The notes under the pieces: generated by a model | Told to the model about the DNA's origin: nothing | What the model saw: the letters and a program-made list of their open reading frames with translations, nothing else | Databases searched by the model: none | Shown here: positions 16,049-25,909 of the stretch, piece after piece | How positions within the stretch are numbered: position 1 is the stretch's first letter | Layout: the number at the start of each line of letters is the position of its first letter | DNA from: a virus | Taxonomy: Duplodnaviria > Caudoviricetes | Strand: one strand, 5' to 3' | Length of the DNA: 29,857 bases | Virus record (IMG/VR): IMGVR_UViG_3300033067_000050 | Location: 1 to 29,857 of that record | Translations under genes and position numbers: made by a program

Positions 16049-17002
16049 TTAGTTAGCAGAGTTTGTGATTCCGTAAGTTACGATATCTTCAACGATTGCA
16101 TATTGTACTCCAGCAGTAAATCTTACTACTACTCTTACATTTTGAGATCCATCTAAATCTGCCATATCAATTAATTTAACTTCGTTCAAGTCGTTTAATA
16201 AACCTGTACCAAAGAATAAGTTTGATTTTTGTGCAGCGATAGCAGTGTTAGCAGCCATTCCGTTAGCAACAAAGATTTTAACTCCATCAAAAGATAAAGA
16301 TCCGTTATTCCACCATTGAGTACCCATATTGTTAGTACCATTAGCACCAAGCCCACTGCTTCCAAAGCCACCTAAAGCTCTCACGTAGGCGCGTGCAATA
16401 TTCTGAGATACATAAATGTATAAATCTTCTTTTCCATAGAGACTGCTCGGTATGGCATCCACTATTTTCCCTAATTCTGTGATTACGTTAGCAGCAGTAA
16501 CTGTAGTTCCAGCAACTTCTTGAGCAGCAGGTAAAGCAGCATCAGCAGCAACTAAAGTAGCAATTCCGTTAAATTCACCTGCATTAGCAGTTACACCTTT
16601 CCAGATGTTTTGTTCTGTTTTCTCAGCAACTTTAGCAGCTACGTGAGATAAGATATAATCAGCAAATGATGGAGGTAAAGAATCAAAAGCAGAGTAACCC
16701 ATTTGTACAGCTTCCCAATCTGAGTGGAAATCTTTTTTACAAAGTTGTAAGTTTACTTGGAATTCTTCAGGTTGTAAAATTTTCTCAGTTAAAGTTACAG
16801 TAGAAGTAGCAGAAAAGTCACAAGTTGCATCTTTAACGATAGCATCAGTAGCGATTTTTTTAATTACTTCTTTGTATTTTACGTTTGGTTTTACTTCGAT
16901 ACCACCGTTTTCGATAGTAGCAGCTGATAATAAAGCAGCAGAGATATATTTTCCTGCAAATTCACCAGCGTAAGTAGTTGTAATACTAGTTGTAGTAGCC
17001 AT
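16049..17002 (-). CDS. Major capsid protein
   Basis: 317 aa, strongest codon bias, follows the scaffold gene, has its own terminator. Confidence 0.85.
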   Translation of the reverse strand: MATTTSITTTYAGEFAGKYISAALLSAATIENGGIEVKPNVKYKEVIKKIATDAIVKDATCDFSATSTVTLTEKILQPEEFQVNLQLCKKDFHSDWEAVQMGYSAFDSLPPSFADYILSHVAAKVAEKTEQNIWKGVTANAGEFNGIATLVAADAALPAAQEVAGTTVTAANVITELGKIVDAIPSSLYGKEDLYIYVSQNIARAYVRALGGFGSSGLGANGTNNMGTQWWNNGSLSFDGVKIFVANGMAANTAIAAQKSNLFFGTGLLNDLNEVKLIDMADLDGSQNVRVVVRFTAGVQYAIVEDIVTYGITNSAN

Positions 17003-17025
17003 TTTTTAGTGTTTAATTTTAGTTA

Positions 17026-17598
17026 TTATTTAATGTTTGCAATTTTACCTAACACAGTATCGAAAGTTGTTTTAGTTCTTGACTGTGCAAATAAGTTTAA
17101 TTTAACCTCAGCAGTAGCTTCTGGGTTGTGAGTTAAAGGTTGTGCAGATAATTCTACTACCTCTTCTTCTTTTACTTCTTTTAAAGAAGCTAATTCAGTT
17201 TTTAAAGCTTCAATTTCTGCTTTTAAAGCATCTACATCTTCTTTAGAAAAGTGAGATTCTTTAATTGTAGATTCGATAACTTTTTTAGGAGTAGCAGATT
17301 CTGACATTTCTTGTTCAACTTCTACTTCTACCTCAGGAGTTTCAACTTCAGCTTCAGGCATTTCTGCTTCTTTTACTTCAGCGATAATACCCTCTTCTGC
17401 TACGATTAACATCATACCATCTTCTAACTTGTACTCTCCTACAGGTAAAGCGATACGATCTTCTTCGTTAACAATAAAAACAGGCATACCAGCTTCAAAA
17501 GCTTCAGCTTCTAAAACCGTTCCGTTATCTAACTTCATTTGAGCAAGTTTTACTTCCATACCCAAAATGGTTTTGATTTGATTAATTACATTTGACAT
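17026..17598 (-). CDS. Capsid scaffolding protein
   Basis: Very acidic with a coiled coil; directly upstream of the capsid gene. Confidence 0.72.
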   Translation of the reverse strand: MSNVINQIKTILGMEVKLAQMKLDNGTVLEAEAFEAGMPVFIVNEEDRIALPVGEYKLEDGMMLIVAEEGIIAEVKEAEMPEAEVETPEVEVEVEQEMSESATPKKVIESTIKESHFSKEDVDALKAEIEALKTELASLKEVKEEEVVELSAQPLTHNPEATAEVKLNLFAQSRTKTTFDTVLGKIANIK

Positions 17599-17623
17599 AT
17601 TTATATTTAATTTAGTTAAATAC

Positions 17624-17658
17624 TTTATTTTAAAATAAACAATTTTTAATTTGTTATA
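17624..17658 (-). promoter_or_regulatory. Putative late promoter (shorter spacer)
   Basis: TATAACAAATT...TATTTTAAAATAAA. Confidence 0.6.
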
Positions 17659-17661
17659 TTT

Positions 17662-17853
17662 TTAACCTCTTGAGTTACTTATTACTCTAGCTTCGTTAGT
17701 GTTTGTTACTTCACTTACACCTTGACTTACTAATGTGCCTACACCTTGATTCTGTAAATCTCCATTACAGCACTCTGCTTTGTAAGTTCCATCGTCACAT
17801 AGACAACCTCTTTTTCCACCCTCTGGGCTTGTTTTACTTTTTGTTTTTTTCAT
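17662..17853 (-). CDS. Small Cys-rich protein in the head module
   Basis: RGCLCDDGTYKAECCNG. Confidence 0.7.
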   Translation of the reverse strand: MKKTKSKTSPEGGKRGCLCDDGTYKAECCNGDLQNQGVGTLVSQGVSEVTNTNEARVISNSRG

Positions 17854-17856
17854 TGT

Positions 17857-18477
17857 TTAATATTTATGGTTTTGAGTTCTTTGAATAAAATAAATTACAT
17901 CGTATATAGTACCTGAAGTACTAGGTAACATTTTAACACTTAAGCCATTTGTTACTACATCTTCATCAGCGTAATATTGAAAAGTTTTAGCAAAAGTATG
18001 TTCTATATCATTTCCCTTAGGAAAAGTAACAGCATCTCTTACTCTATCGTAAGGTGTACCATTACCACCCTCTAAATACAAATCTATATATCCGTTAGCT
18101 GTACTTATTTTAGCTTTAAATGCTATTGTAACTATATATACATCATTTTCAAATTCTGCTTTTAGTTTATTACTAGCATAGTAATCTATATCAGAGTGTA
18201 TATGTGTATCTATTACATTACCTTTATTATTTGGTACAGTAAAAGCACTAGCTGTAAATGAATAAGGAGAAGCAGAAGTATATTGTGTATCATCGTATCT
18301 AGCCCAACCTAAACCCATTTTATCAGATTGTGGTGGGTAAACTCTTACTTGCTCGCCATTAAAACCCATAAATAAAGATTCATCAGTAACTAACATAGCA
18401 CCCTGTTCTATATTTACATTATCTACTTCAGTTTGAGTTACCTCTTCTACGTGAACTTTATAAGCTGTGTTTTTCAT
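17857..18477 (-). CDS. Hypothetical beta-rich protein, possible head decoration
   Basis: 206-aa ORF in the head module; function not recognised. Confidence 0.55.
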   Translation of the reverse strand: MKNTAYKVHVEEVTQTEVDNVNIEQGAMLVTDESLFMGFNGEQVRVYPPQSDKMGLGWARYDDTQYTSASPYSFTASAFTVPNNKGNVIDTHIHSDIDYYASNKLKAEFENDVYIVTIAFKAKISTANGYIDLYLEGGNGTPYDRVRDAVTFPKGNDIEHTFAKTFQYYADEDVVTNGLSVKMLPSTSGTIYDVIYFIQRTQNHKY

Positions 18478-18770
18478 TAGTTTGTAAATAGTTTACCTTT
18501 TGATCCTAACTCTTTTATTACATCACTATTGTTATCGTAATGTATATCTATATTTAATTCTTTAACTTTAGCTATTTTGTTTTCGTTACTGCCTGTAGCA
18601 TAAACTCTACTTACAGGAATACCAATACTTTTAGCTCTATCTATCATACCTACTTTTAAATTTCTAGCAGATATTATATAAACTTCATTACCCTCAGCAA
18701 TTAATTGCCTTGCTAAATCTCCACCTTTTTTAGTAGAAATAGTTTCATCGTAATCAAAACTAATTTTCAT
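18477..18770 (-). CDS. Minimal HAD-superfamily phosphatase-like protein
   Basis: ISFDYDETI (motif I), IISAR (II), K (III), HYDNN (IV). Confidence 0.75.
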   Translation of the reverse strand: MKISFDYDETISTKKGGDLARQLIAEGNEVYIISARNLKVGMIDRAKSIGIPVSRVYATGSNENKIAKVKELNIDIHYDNNSDVIKELGSKGKLFTN

Positions 18771-19359
18771 AGTTTTTTAAAACTTCTTTAATAGCTTCTA
18801 TTAACTTTTCTTCTTCTGTAAGTTCTTTGCTTAATTCTTTTTTAGATTCTAATTTATCAGCAAAATAACCCTCAAGTGAAAACCCTTTAACTTTACCTGT
18901 TTTAACAAAGTCATTCCATATTTCGTCATTATCTACTTTTATAGAAGCCATCCAAGTACCTACTGGTACACTTAAATTATATAAAGCAGATTTGTCTTTA
19001 GTTAAATCTTCTACTATCCAACTTTCAACAACTGTTAAACCCTCAATAGCTTTTTGGTGTTCTAAAGTACTATTAGATTGGTTACCTTTTTTTAAGAATA
19101 ATTGTGAAGCTTTTACTACAGTATCTTTTGAAAAGTAAATGTAATACTCAGTATCTCCACTTCTTCTGTAAATAGGTTTTTCAGGTATTAATACAGCACC
19201 CATTAAGATGCGTTTTTCTTTAGATACTTCAGCAAGTTTAACTTCTTCTGCTTTTAAAGCTACAAAGTCCGATTCTATTGCAGGTGATTCCACTACACTA
19301 ATAGCTTCTACACCTTGCAACTCTTCGTTATCATCTATAATTAATTCGATTAAGTTCAT
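18760..19359 (-). CDS. Prohead protease, XkdF-like
   Basis: MGAVLIP, TLEH, VESW, GTW, GKVKGFSLEG. Confidence 0.85.
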   Translation of the reverse strand: MNLIELIIDDNEELQGVEAISVVESPAIESDFVALKAEEVKLAEVSKEKRILMGAVLIPEKPIYRRSGDTEYYIYFSKDTVVKASQLFLKKGNQSNSTLEHQKAIEGLTVVESWIVEDLTKDKSALYNLSVPVGTWMASIKVDNDEIWNDFVKTGKVKGFSLEGYFADKLESKKELSKELTEEEKLIEAIKEVLKNYEN

Positions 19360-19363
19360 TTAG

Positions 19364-19400
19364 TTTTTATTTAAAAATTAATATTATATTAAATTGTTAT
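19364..19400 (-). promoter_or_regulatory. Putative late promoter
   Basis: TAACAATT-N14-TTTTTAAATAAAAA. Confidence 0.7.
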
Positions 19401-19401
19401 T

Positions 19402-21177
19402 TTATCCTAAAGTAGCGTTACTAACTATATTTCTATTCAAACTTTGTGCAGTAGTTACATTACTTGCAACTACATAAGCTTGAACTGGTGGCATACCTTT
19501 ATTACTCATAACTTGGGCCAATTGATTTGTACCACTATTACCTACTACATTAAAACTTGGAGCAGCAGGTGCAGCAATACCACCCATACTTGGAGCAGAT
19601 CCACCACCTGATCCACCACCATCTGGTACTTTTACTTCTAATATCTTTTTAACTTGTAGTAACCCTGTAGCACCTGTAACAATAGCTTGTGCAATAGCAT
19701 AACCTGGAATAGGCACTTTAGAAAACGCTTGTAATTGTCCTGCAATAGCAGTATAAGTAGATATAGTTGCAGCAGCAACAGCAGCAGCTTTACCCTCAGC
19801 AGTAGCAGCACCTAATTCACCAGCAGCTAAAGATAAACCATTAGCAACAGCATCTAATAATTTTAATCTAGCTGTTTTTTCTTTTTCAGCTATTTCTATT
19901 CTAGCTTCTGCATTTTGTCTTTCTTTTTCTGTTCTAGCAGTGTCTATAGCGTCTTGCTCTTCTGCTATAGCATTTAAAGAATCTAACTGATTTTGTTCTC
20001 TAGTTAATCTTTCTCCTACTTTTAAAGCACCATCTTCAGCTTCTGCATCTCTAAGTATTTTTTGAAAATCTTTAAACTCCTGTAATTCTTTTTCTCTTCT
20101 TGCTTTTTCTTCTGCTATTTGTTTTTCTCTATCAGCTTTATTTTTACTTGCAATAGCATCAGCATTTTTTTGATTTTCTTGTCTAGTTTTTTCTGCAGCT
20201 GAAGAATTTAATTCAGCTACTAATAAATTACCCTCTCTTTGTAAATTTATATTTTCTGCTCTTAACTCCTGTAACCTTTTATTTTGTTCTTTAGTTAAAT
20301 TGTATTCTTTATCTTGTGAGCTTTTTATTTTTTCGTATTCAGCAGCATTAGCTTTACCTTTTTTCTCTAAAGCATCTAATTGTATTCTTAATAATTCTTT
20401 TTCAGAAGCTCCTCTTTGTTTTGCTGCAGCTATAGCTATTTTGGTGTTATAGTCAATAGTTTTAGCATTATCTTCTGATAATTGTTTAGTATATTCTAAC
20501 TCTTCATTTAATAATTTTTGTTTATCTGTTAATTCTTTAGTGGCTTCACTACTAGCCATTAATTTAGATATTAAGAAACCTAAACCAACAACTAACGCAC
20601 CAATACCTGTAGATACAATAGCTGCTTTTAAAGCATTAAAAGATACTGCAGTAGTATTTACTGCTCCTGTAAATAATCTTTGAACCGTAGCCGCTACTGT
20701 AGTTGCTGCTGAATTTAATTTTTGAAATACTGTAGCACTTTTAATAACTGCTCCTAATTGTTTAAAGCTATCTATACTTTCACCAACAGCTTGTATTCCT
20801 TGAGAAATAGCCATAGCAGATTGAACTTTAAGTATCATTTGCTCTACTTCTTCAGATTCGCTACCTAATAACCCCATAGCACCAGTAACAGCAGAAAAAC
20901 CACCTGCAACTCCTGATAAACTATTTGTTAAAGCAGCAAATTTAGCGTCAGGATTAAAGGAATCTGTTAAAGTTTTAGCATCACCTATTCTATCTTTTAA
21001 TTCAGCAGCTCTTTTAGCAGCTTCTACTGCTTCTTTAGAAGTAGCACCAAACTTTTCAGATAATGCAGCAACCTCAGCTTGTGCTTCTCTTAATTGTGCT
21101 TTTAAACTACCTACTGACTTTGTAGATTCGTCTAAATTACTTTGTACATCAAGATTTACTGTTTTTGTAATTGCCAT
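19402..21177 (-). CDS. Tail tape measure protein
   Basis: 591 aa, Ala-rich helical/coiled-coil with hydrophobic stretches. Confidence 0.85.
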   Translation of the reverse strand: MAITKTVNLDVQSNLDESTKSVGSLKAQLREAQAEVAALSEKFGATSKEAVEAAKRAAELKDRIGDAKTLTDSFNPDAKFAALTNSLSGVAGGFSAVTGAMGLLGSESEEVEQMILKVQSAMAISQGIQAVGESIDSFKQLGAVIKSATVFQKLNSAATTVAATVQRLFTGAVNTTAVSFNALKAAIVSTGIGALVVGLGFLISKLMASSEATKELTDKQKLLNEELEYTKQLSEDNAKTIDYNTKIAIAAAKQRGASEKELLRIQLDALEKKGKANAAEYEKIKSSQDKEYNLTKEQNKRLQELRAENINLQREGNLLVAELNSSAAEKTRQENQKNADAIASKNKADREKQIAEEKARREKELQEFKDFQKILRDAEAEDGALKVGERLTREQNQLDSLNAIAEEQDAIDTARTEKERQNAEARIEIAEKEKTARLKLLDAVANGLSLAAGELGAATAEGKAAAVAAATISTYTAIAGQLQAFSKVPIPGYAIAQAIVTGATGLLQVKKILEVKVPDGGGSGGGSAPSMGGIAAPAAPSFNVVGNSGTNQLAQVMSNKGMPPVQAYVVASNVTTAQSLNRNIVSNATLG

Positions 21178-21314
21178 TTTATAAGTCTTTTAAGTTGTGG
21201 TAAAGTTTTTTTAAATGATTTAGGTAATTCATTTTTACCTTTAGCTATTTCTATATTTTCGCTAACTCCGTAATGGTCGTGTAGCTGTAGTAATTGTATT
21301 ATATTTTTAAGCAT
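21156..21314 (-). CDS. Small protein, 52 aa (MLKNIIQLLQLHDHYGVSENIEIAKGK...)
   Basis: Translated by hand; overlaps both neighbours in the usual way. Confidence 0.7.
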   Translation of the reverse strand: MLKNIIQLLQLHDHYGVSENIEIAKGKNELPKSFKKTLPQLKRLIKWQLQKQ

Positions 21315-23625
21315 TTTGTATAATGTTTATATATTGTGTTACATTTGGATTGTAATAAGTTATTTCTATTTGTTTAAAAGCTGTGCTTCCTGTAACATTA
21401 CTATCTATTGGTACTATAAAAGTATCATCTATTATATTATCTCTAGCAGAAAATGCAGTAGGATCATATTGTACATCGTACTTTTCGCTGTTTAGTTTTA
21501 AAATAGTAACTTCTAAATCTTGTGCTGTGTTATCTATATTAAAAGTTTGTTTTAATGCAAATCTATCACTGCTACTTGTAGAGTTAGTTACTGCTCTAAA
21601 ATCACTTACTAATTCAAAATCAACTTCTCCTGTAGTTAAATCAGTTGTAAATTGGTTTATAATGTACTTTTTATCCTTGTAAACTATCTTATCGTTTAAT
21701 TTAATAGTAGATAATTTTGGTATAGGCATAATAGCTTTTAGTTTAACTATTCTACATCTAATATCGTATAAACCACTAATATAATTTTTATACCATAAGT
21801 TAAATAAACTATCACTTCCTGGACTTAAAACCCAACTAGAAATCTCTGTATTAAAATTTAAACTAGCAATATTATTATTTATAAATAATTCATTTGAAAA
21901 TCTAACGTACTCAGAAAGGTTATTATAGTTTGTACCATCAAATAATTTAACAGCAGTACCTAAACTAGTAGTATCACCTGCTAAGTTATTTTTGTACATT
22001 AATACAGGTTTAGTTTTGTAAGGTTTTAAATCTTTATCAATTAAAGAAGTAGTTAAAAAATTACCTGTACTTGATCTTTCCCACATTACATCTTCAAAAG
22101 GTGTTTTAATTTCGTATGTAGTACTTTCATTACTTAAATCATCTTCATAAATTAAATCTCCATAGTCAAACCCTCTTTGAAACGTATTTCTAAAGTAGTT
22201 GTTTAGTATGTTTTCGCTTTTTTCGTGCATAAAAGCTAGTTTCTTAAACAATTTAGTACGTTCTAAATCTACACTATCATTAATTACATAACTATTAATA
22301 TCTATATAGTTACCATAAGCGTAATAAAACTCTAGTGGCTCTAAATTAAATTCAGTTTCTGTAGTTGCAGTAATAGTTAAATTAAACATTTTAATTATTC
22401 CTGTAAAGAAATCTGCTATTTTAATATCAGGTACTACAGAAGATATATTAATATTCGATAAAGTTGTAACTGGTATAGTTTCGGTATAAGTAGTTTGTGT
22501 AGTATAATCGTTTGAAGTTTCTACTTTAGTTAAAAATACACTTACATTCATACCACCCTCAGTTTCTATATATACATTTATAGCACCATTAAAGTTATCT
22601 AAACCATTAAAAATAGTTAAAGTTTGTACTCCTAATAAGTTATTAAATACATTTATAGTTACTCCTAATTCGTTTTTAACTATTACTCTATATTTTATAA
22701 GTAAATTGGATGGTGTACAATCAATATCATTTAAAATATAATTATAACTACTTGTAAATTCTGTAGTAAATAAAAATACAGGTGGTGAATATACACCTTG
22801 TGGTATTTCTGTGTTTTTGCAATACAAATATAAATCAGTCCAGTAAGAAGTAGAAAACAAAGTACTTGTAAAAGTAATTCCGTATTTAGTTTCTATAAAA
22901 TCAAAAACTTTACTTACAGGTATTGCAGGAAATAAATCAGTATATATAATAGCTTTTGCAGTTGTACCACCTACAGTAACATCGTTATCTCCACCTGTTA
23001 AATATTCGTATTTATTTCTATTACCTACTAAAGGATAACTAACATCATCTACTGTAGTACCATTTATTCTATCTCTTACTTCAGCATAAGTATAAGCGTG
23101 ATTTAAACTACTATAATCTAAAACATTTAATTTATCTTCTTTAAATAAATCTTTTATCTGTTTTACTTTACCATAAAAAGTAACTGAGTAGCTTTCAATT
23201 CTATTATTTTTTTCATTAGCTTTTTCAATTTGTATTTGTCCTTTTTTAAATGGTATTGTATTTATCTCTATAATAGCATCGTATCTTATACGCTGATCGA
23301 AACCATCGTTAACTCCTGATTCATTCCAATAGTTAAATATTTGGTTATTAGCTTTTGAAGCAGGTATAGTAAAACTTTGTGAGTAATCAGTAAACACCTT
23401 ACTCAAATCATTTATATTTTGTATAGAAGAAGTTAAACTTATTTTCTCATCTTTAAATAAATCTAACCTTTTATAAGTATAATTTTCAGTAGTTACACTT
23501 ACTGAAGTTGCATCTGCAGTTATAGAAGTATCATCTACAGAGTATGAAGTCATATCTGAAGTTAATGGCTCTAATGCAGTTGTATCAGCTGCAGGAATCT
23601 TAATATATATTTCTACATTTACCAT
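21307..23625 (-). CDS. Large tail tip/baseplate hub protein
   Basis: 772 aa, beta-rich; DYSQSFTIPAS..NN.IF; next to the tape measure gene. Confidence 0.7.
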   Translation of the reverse strand: MVNVEIYIKIPAADTTALEPLTSDMTSYSVDDTSITADATSVSVTTENYTYKRLDLFKDEKISLTSSIQNINDLSKVFTDYSQSFTIPASKANNQIFNYWNESGVNDGFDQRIRYDAIIEINTIPFKKGQIQIEKANEKNNRIESYSVTFYGKVKQIKDLFKEDKLNVLDYSSLNHAYTYAEVRDRINGTTVDDVSYPLVGNRNKYEYLTGGDNDVTVGGTTAKAIIYTDLFPAIPVSKVFDFIETKYGITFTSTLFSTSYWTDLYLYCKNTEIPQGVYSPPVFLFTTEFTSSYNYILNDIDCTPSNLLIKYRVIVKNELGVTINVFNNLLGVQTLTIFNGLDNFNGAINVYIETEGGMNVSVFLTKVETSNDYTTQTTYTETIPVTTLSNINISSVVPDIKIADFFTGIIKMFNLTITATTETEFNLEPLEFYYAYGNYIDINSYVINDSVDLERTKLFKKLAFMHEKSENILNNYFRNTFQRGFDYGDLIYEDDLSNESTTYEIKTPFEDVMWERSSTGNFLTTSLIDKDLKPYKTKPVLMYKNNLAGDTTSLGTAVKLFDGTNYNNLSEYVRFSNELFINNNIASLNFNTEISSWVLSPGSDSLFNLWYKNYISGLYDIRCRIVKLKAIMPIPKLSTIKLNDKIVYKDKKYIINQFTTDLTTGEVDFELVSDFRAVTNSTSSSDRFALKQTFNIDNTAQDLEVTILKLNSEKYDVQYDPTAFSARDNIIDDTFIVPIDSNVTGSTAFKQIEITYYNPNVTQYINIIQNA

Positions 23626-24734
23626 TATACTACATTATTAATTAATGAACTTGCTACTTCAAACTCTAATTCGTAATTAATCACTTTGTCGTTTAAATGC
23701 GTTTTAAATTGCTGTGAAGTACTTTTTAAAGTAACTGCTGCATCTATTGTACCATCTGCTGATTTTAAGTAAAGCATTTCTGATAAAAATACATCTTGTA
23801 TATTTACATTATCAGCTTCTTTAAACCAACCAGTATTACATTTAATAGTTTTAGTACCATTCTTATTAAATATTCTTTTTTGTCCTAAGTATTCATCGTA
23901 CATAGGATAACCATAAGTAAATGTATTAGTGTTGTAATCTGAAGCTTTAACTTCTATACTTTGTGTACTATTTTTAAATAAAGTCATAGTTTGTTTACCA
24001 CCTAATCTATTTACAAACTCTAAAGCAAATGGATTGTATTTTTGTTCACATTCAGGAGTTAACAAACATTCATATAATAATGTATCTGCTAAAGCAGCGT
24101 TTTCAAATATTTTAAATTCAGTACTAACTATTACACCATCTTCAGGAGCTATAACCATAGGTTGCCTATCCTGTGAAATTAAACCATCGTTAGTATAATA
24201 AACATAACTATTATAAATTTCGTAATGATCCGTAACAAAAGCTGTAGTAGTGTACTCTATTGAATAATTACTAGCAGTAGTTGAGAAGTCAATAATTAAA
24301 TCAATATAAGGTATAGTATTAGTATTGTAATAATAACTTACTGCACTACCATAGTTGCCTAATATAGCTATAGAAGTAGTATAATCATAGTTAGGATTAT
24401 CGTAAGCATTATAACCGTTTGTAGCTACTAAATATTCATCGCTTATACCATCATATCCTGCACCAGTATCAGAATATCTTTTAATATAAACATTCCAAGC
24501 AAAGTTTAACTCTACATTATTAAATGTATTAATATAATCGTAAACAAATGGACTAATATTATAATAGTTTATATATTGAGTAGGGCTGTATTTAGTTTTT
24601 TCAATAAATTTAGTTACAGCAGTAGTTTCTAAATCTCCTACTCTCCATAACTTAATCTCTAGCTTAGTTGCTATTTGTGTACTTCCGTTATCTATACTAA
24701 CTATATACGGACTTCTGCAGTTAAATACTTTCAT
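23625..24734 (-). CDS. Tail structural protein (distal tail-like)
   Basis: 369 aa, beta-rich; FVNRLGG...NTGW; TAATG-coupled. Confidence 0.6.
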   Translation of the reverse strand: MKVFNCRSPYIVSIDNGSTQIATKLEIKLWRVGDLETTAVTKFIEKTKYSPTQYINYYNISPFVYDYINTFNNVELNFAWNVYIKRYSDTGAGYDGISDEYLVATNGYNAYDNPNYDYTTSIAILGNYGSAVSYYYNTNTIPYIDLIIDFSTTASNYSIEYTTTAFVTDHYEIYNSYVYYTNDGLISQDRQPMVIAPEDGVIVSTEFKIFENAALADTLLYECLLTPECEQKYNPFALEFVNRLGGKQTMTLFKNSTQSIEVKASDYNTNTFTYGYPMYDEYLGQKRIFNKNGTKTIKCNTGWFKEADNVNIQDVFLSEMLYLKSADGTIDAAVTLKSTSQQFKTHLNDKVINYELEFEVASSLINNVV

Positions 24735-25246
24735 TATTTTATATCTTTTAAACTATATTTTATTAAATTTTCTACATCTAAACCAAAAGCTTCTACTAAT
24801 TCATCAGGTAAGTTTTTAAATGCTGCTTCAAATGGTTTAGTAAAAAATAAACTTGGCTTTATTCCTTTCTTAAAAATACTACTTCTAATTAAGTAACTTG
24901 TTTGCTGATAACTCATAAACTTTCCGTTATCTTTCCTAAATTGAAACCTCTTTTTAGTTACCCAATCAGTAATAGGTTTAGCAGGTGGCATTTTAGATTT
25001 ATAACTAAAAGGTGTATCGTATTTTCTTTGTGTACCACTAACACCCTGATCCTGGAATAAACCGTACTGCTCCATTAAGAAGTCCAACCTAAAACTATTA
25101 GCACCAACTTCTACTTCTGCATCTAAGCTATTATAAAGCTTCTTATCTACATTCTTACCTTGCTTAGTTAAGTTACTTCTTGATTGCTGAATAACATACT
25201 TAGCAAACTTATTTAAATAGTTATAAGTTTCTTTTTGGTTTAGCAT
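24734..25246 (-). CDS. Putative tail completion/neck protein (HK97 gp10-like)
   Basis: Basic; LYNSL, YGLFQDQG, GIKPSLFFTKPF. Confidence 0.6.
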   Translation of the reverse strand: MLNQKETYNYLNKFAKYVIQQSRSNLTKQGKNVDKKLYNSLDAEVEVGANSFRLDFLMEQYGLFQDQGVSGTQRKYDTPFSYKSKMPPAKPITDWVTKKRFQFRKDNGKFMSYQQTSYLIRSSIFKKGIKPSLFFTKPFEAAFKNLPDELVEAFGLDVENLIKYSLKDIK

Positions 25247-25662
25247 ATAGTCATATCGTTTTTAACTACTATATCAAATGTAACTGCCCAACCTGCTAAA
25301 TCATTTTCAAATCTTTCAGTAAATGGCTCATAAGTAGGGTTACCTGTTAACTCATAAGTACCATCTCTTAAATCACCTCTATTAAGTAAATCTAAAACTC
25401 TTGTAGCTAATAAGTGTTGAGTGTTCCAAATATCTACTTTATTATCCTGCTCCTTTTGATTGATAACATCCATACAAAGCAAAGTAACGTTAAAAGAAAT
25501 AACATTACCTTGATGTGTAGATGAATTAATCATAATATGCGTTAAAGGGAATATAGTCCGTTTATTTAAATCTACCTGGAATATATCACCCTCTGTAACT
25601 GTATTGCAAAAAGGTTCTGCTAATAAAGCATCCTTAATTGTTTGTATTAAATTATATACCAT
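25240..25662 (-). CDS. Putative tail terminator protein
   Basis: 140 aa; FPLTHI, EPFTERFENDLAGW. Confidence 0.55.
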   Translation of the reverse strand: MVYNLIQTIKDALLAEPFCNTVTEGDIFQVDLNKRTIFPLTHIMINSSTHQGNVISFNVTLLCMDVINQKEQDNKVDIWNTQHLLATRVLDLLNRGDLRDGTYELTGNPTYEPFTERFENDLAGWAVTFDIVVKNDMTIC

Positions 25663-25909
25663 TTCTTTTTAGCATTTGTGTTTCTATATCTTGTTTTTCT
25701 TTTTCAAAAGTTAGGAATGTAAGGGCAGCGTATAAGCGTAATTTGGAAACTTCATCAAATCTTCTAACATCTCCTTTAGATAAAGCATAGAAAGATGAAT
25801 ACCATCCCCATTTTGCTCCGAATTGTGCTTGTCTATCATAGCTTGTACCTGAGGATTCTGCTCCAAATAATTCAGGGAACTGATCATTAACTCGCTGCTT
25901 AAATTGTAA
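25652..25909 (-). CDS. -1 frameshift extension of the tail assembly chaperone (85 aa, ...FGAKWGWYSSFYALSKGD...)
   Basis: Stop-free -1 frame starting at the T9 run and ending in a normal overlap with the next gene. Confidence 0.8.
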   Translation of the reverse strand, partial: LQFKQRVNDQFPELFGAESSGTSYDRQAQFGAKWGWYSSFYALSKGDVRRFDEVSKLRLYAALTFLTFEKEKQDIETQMLKRNGI

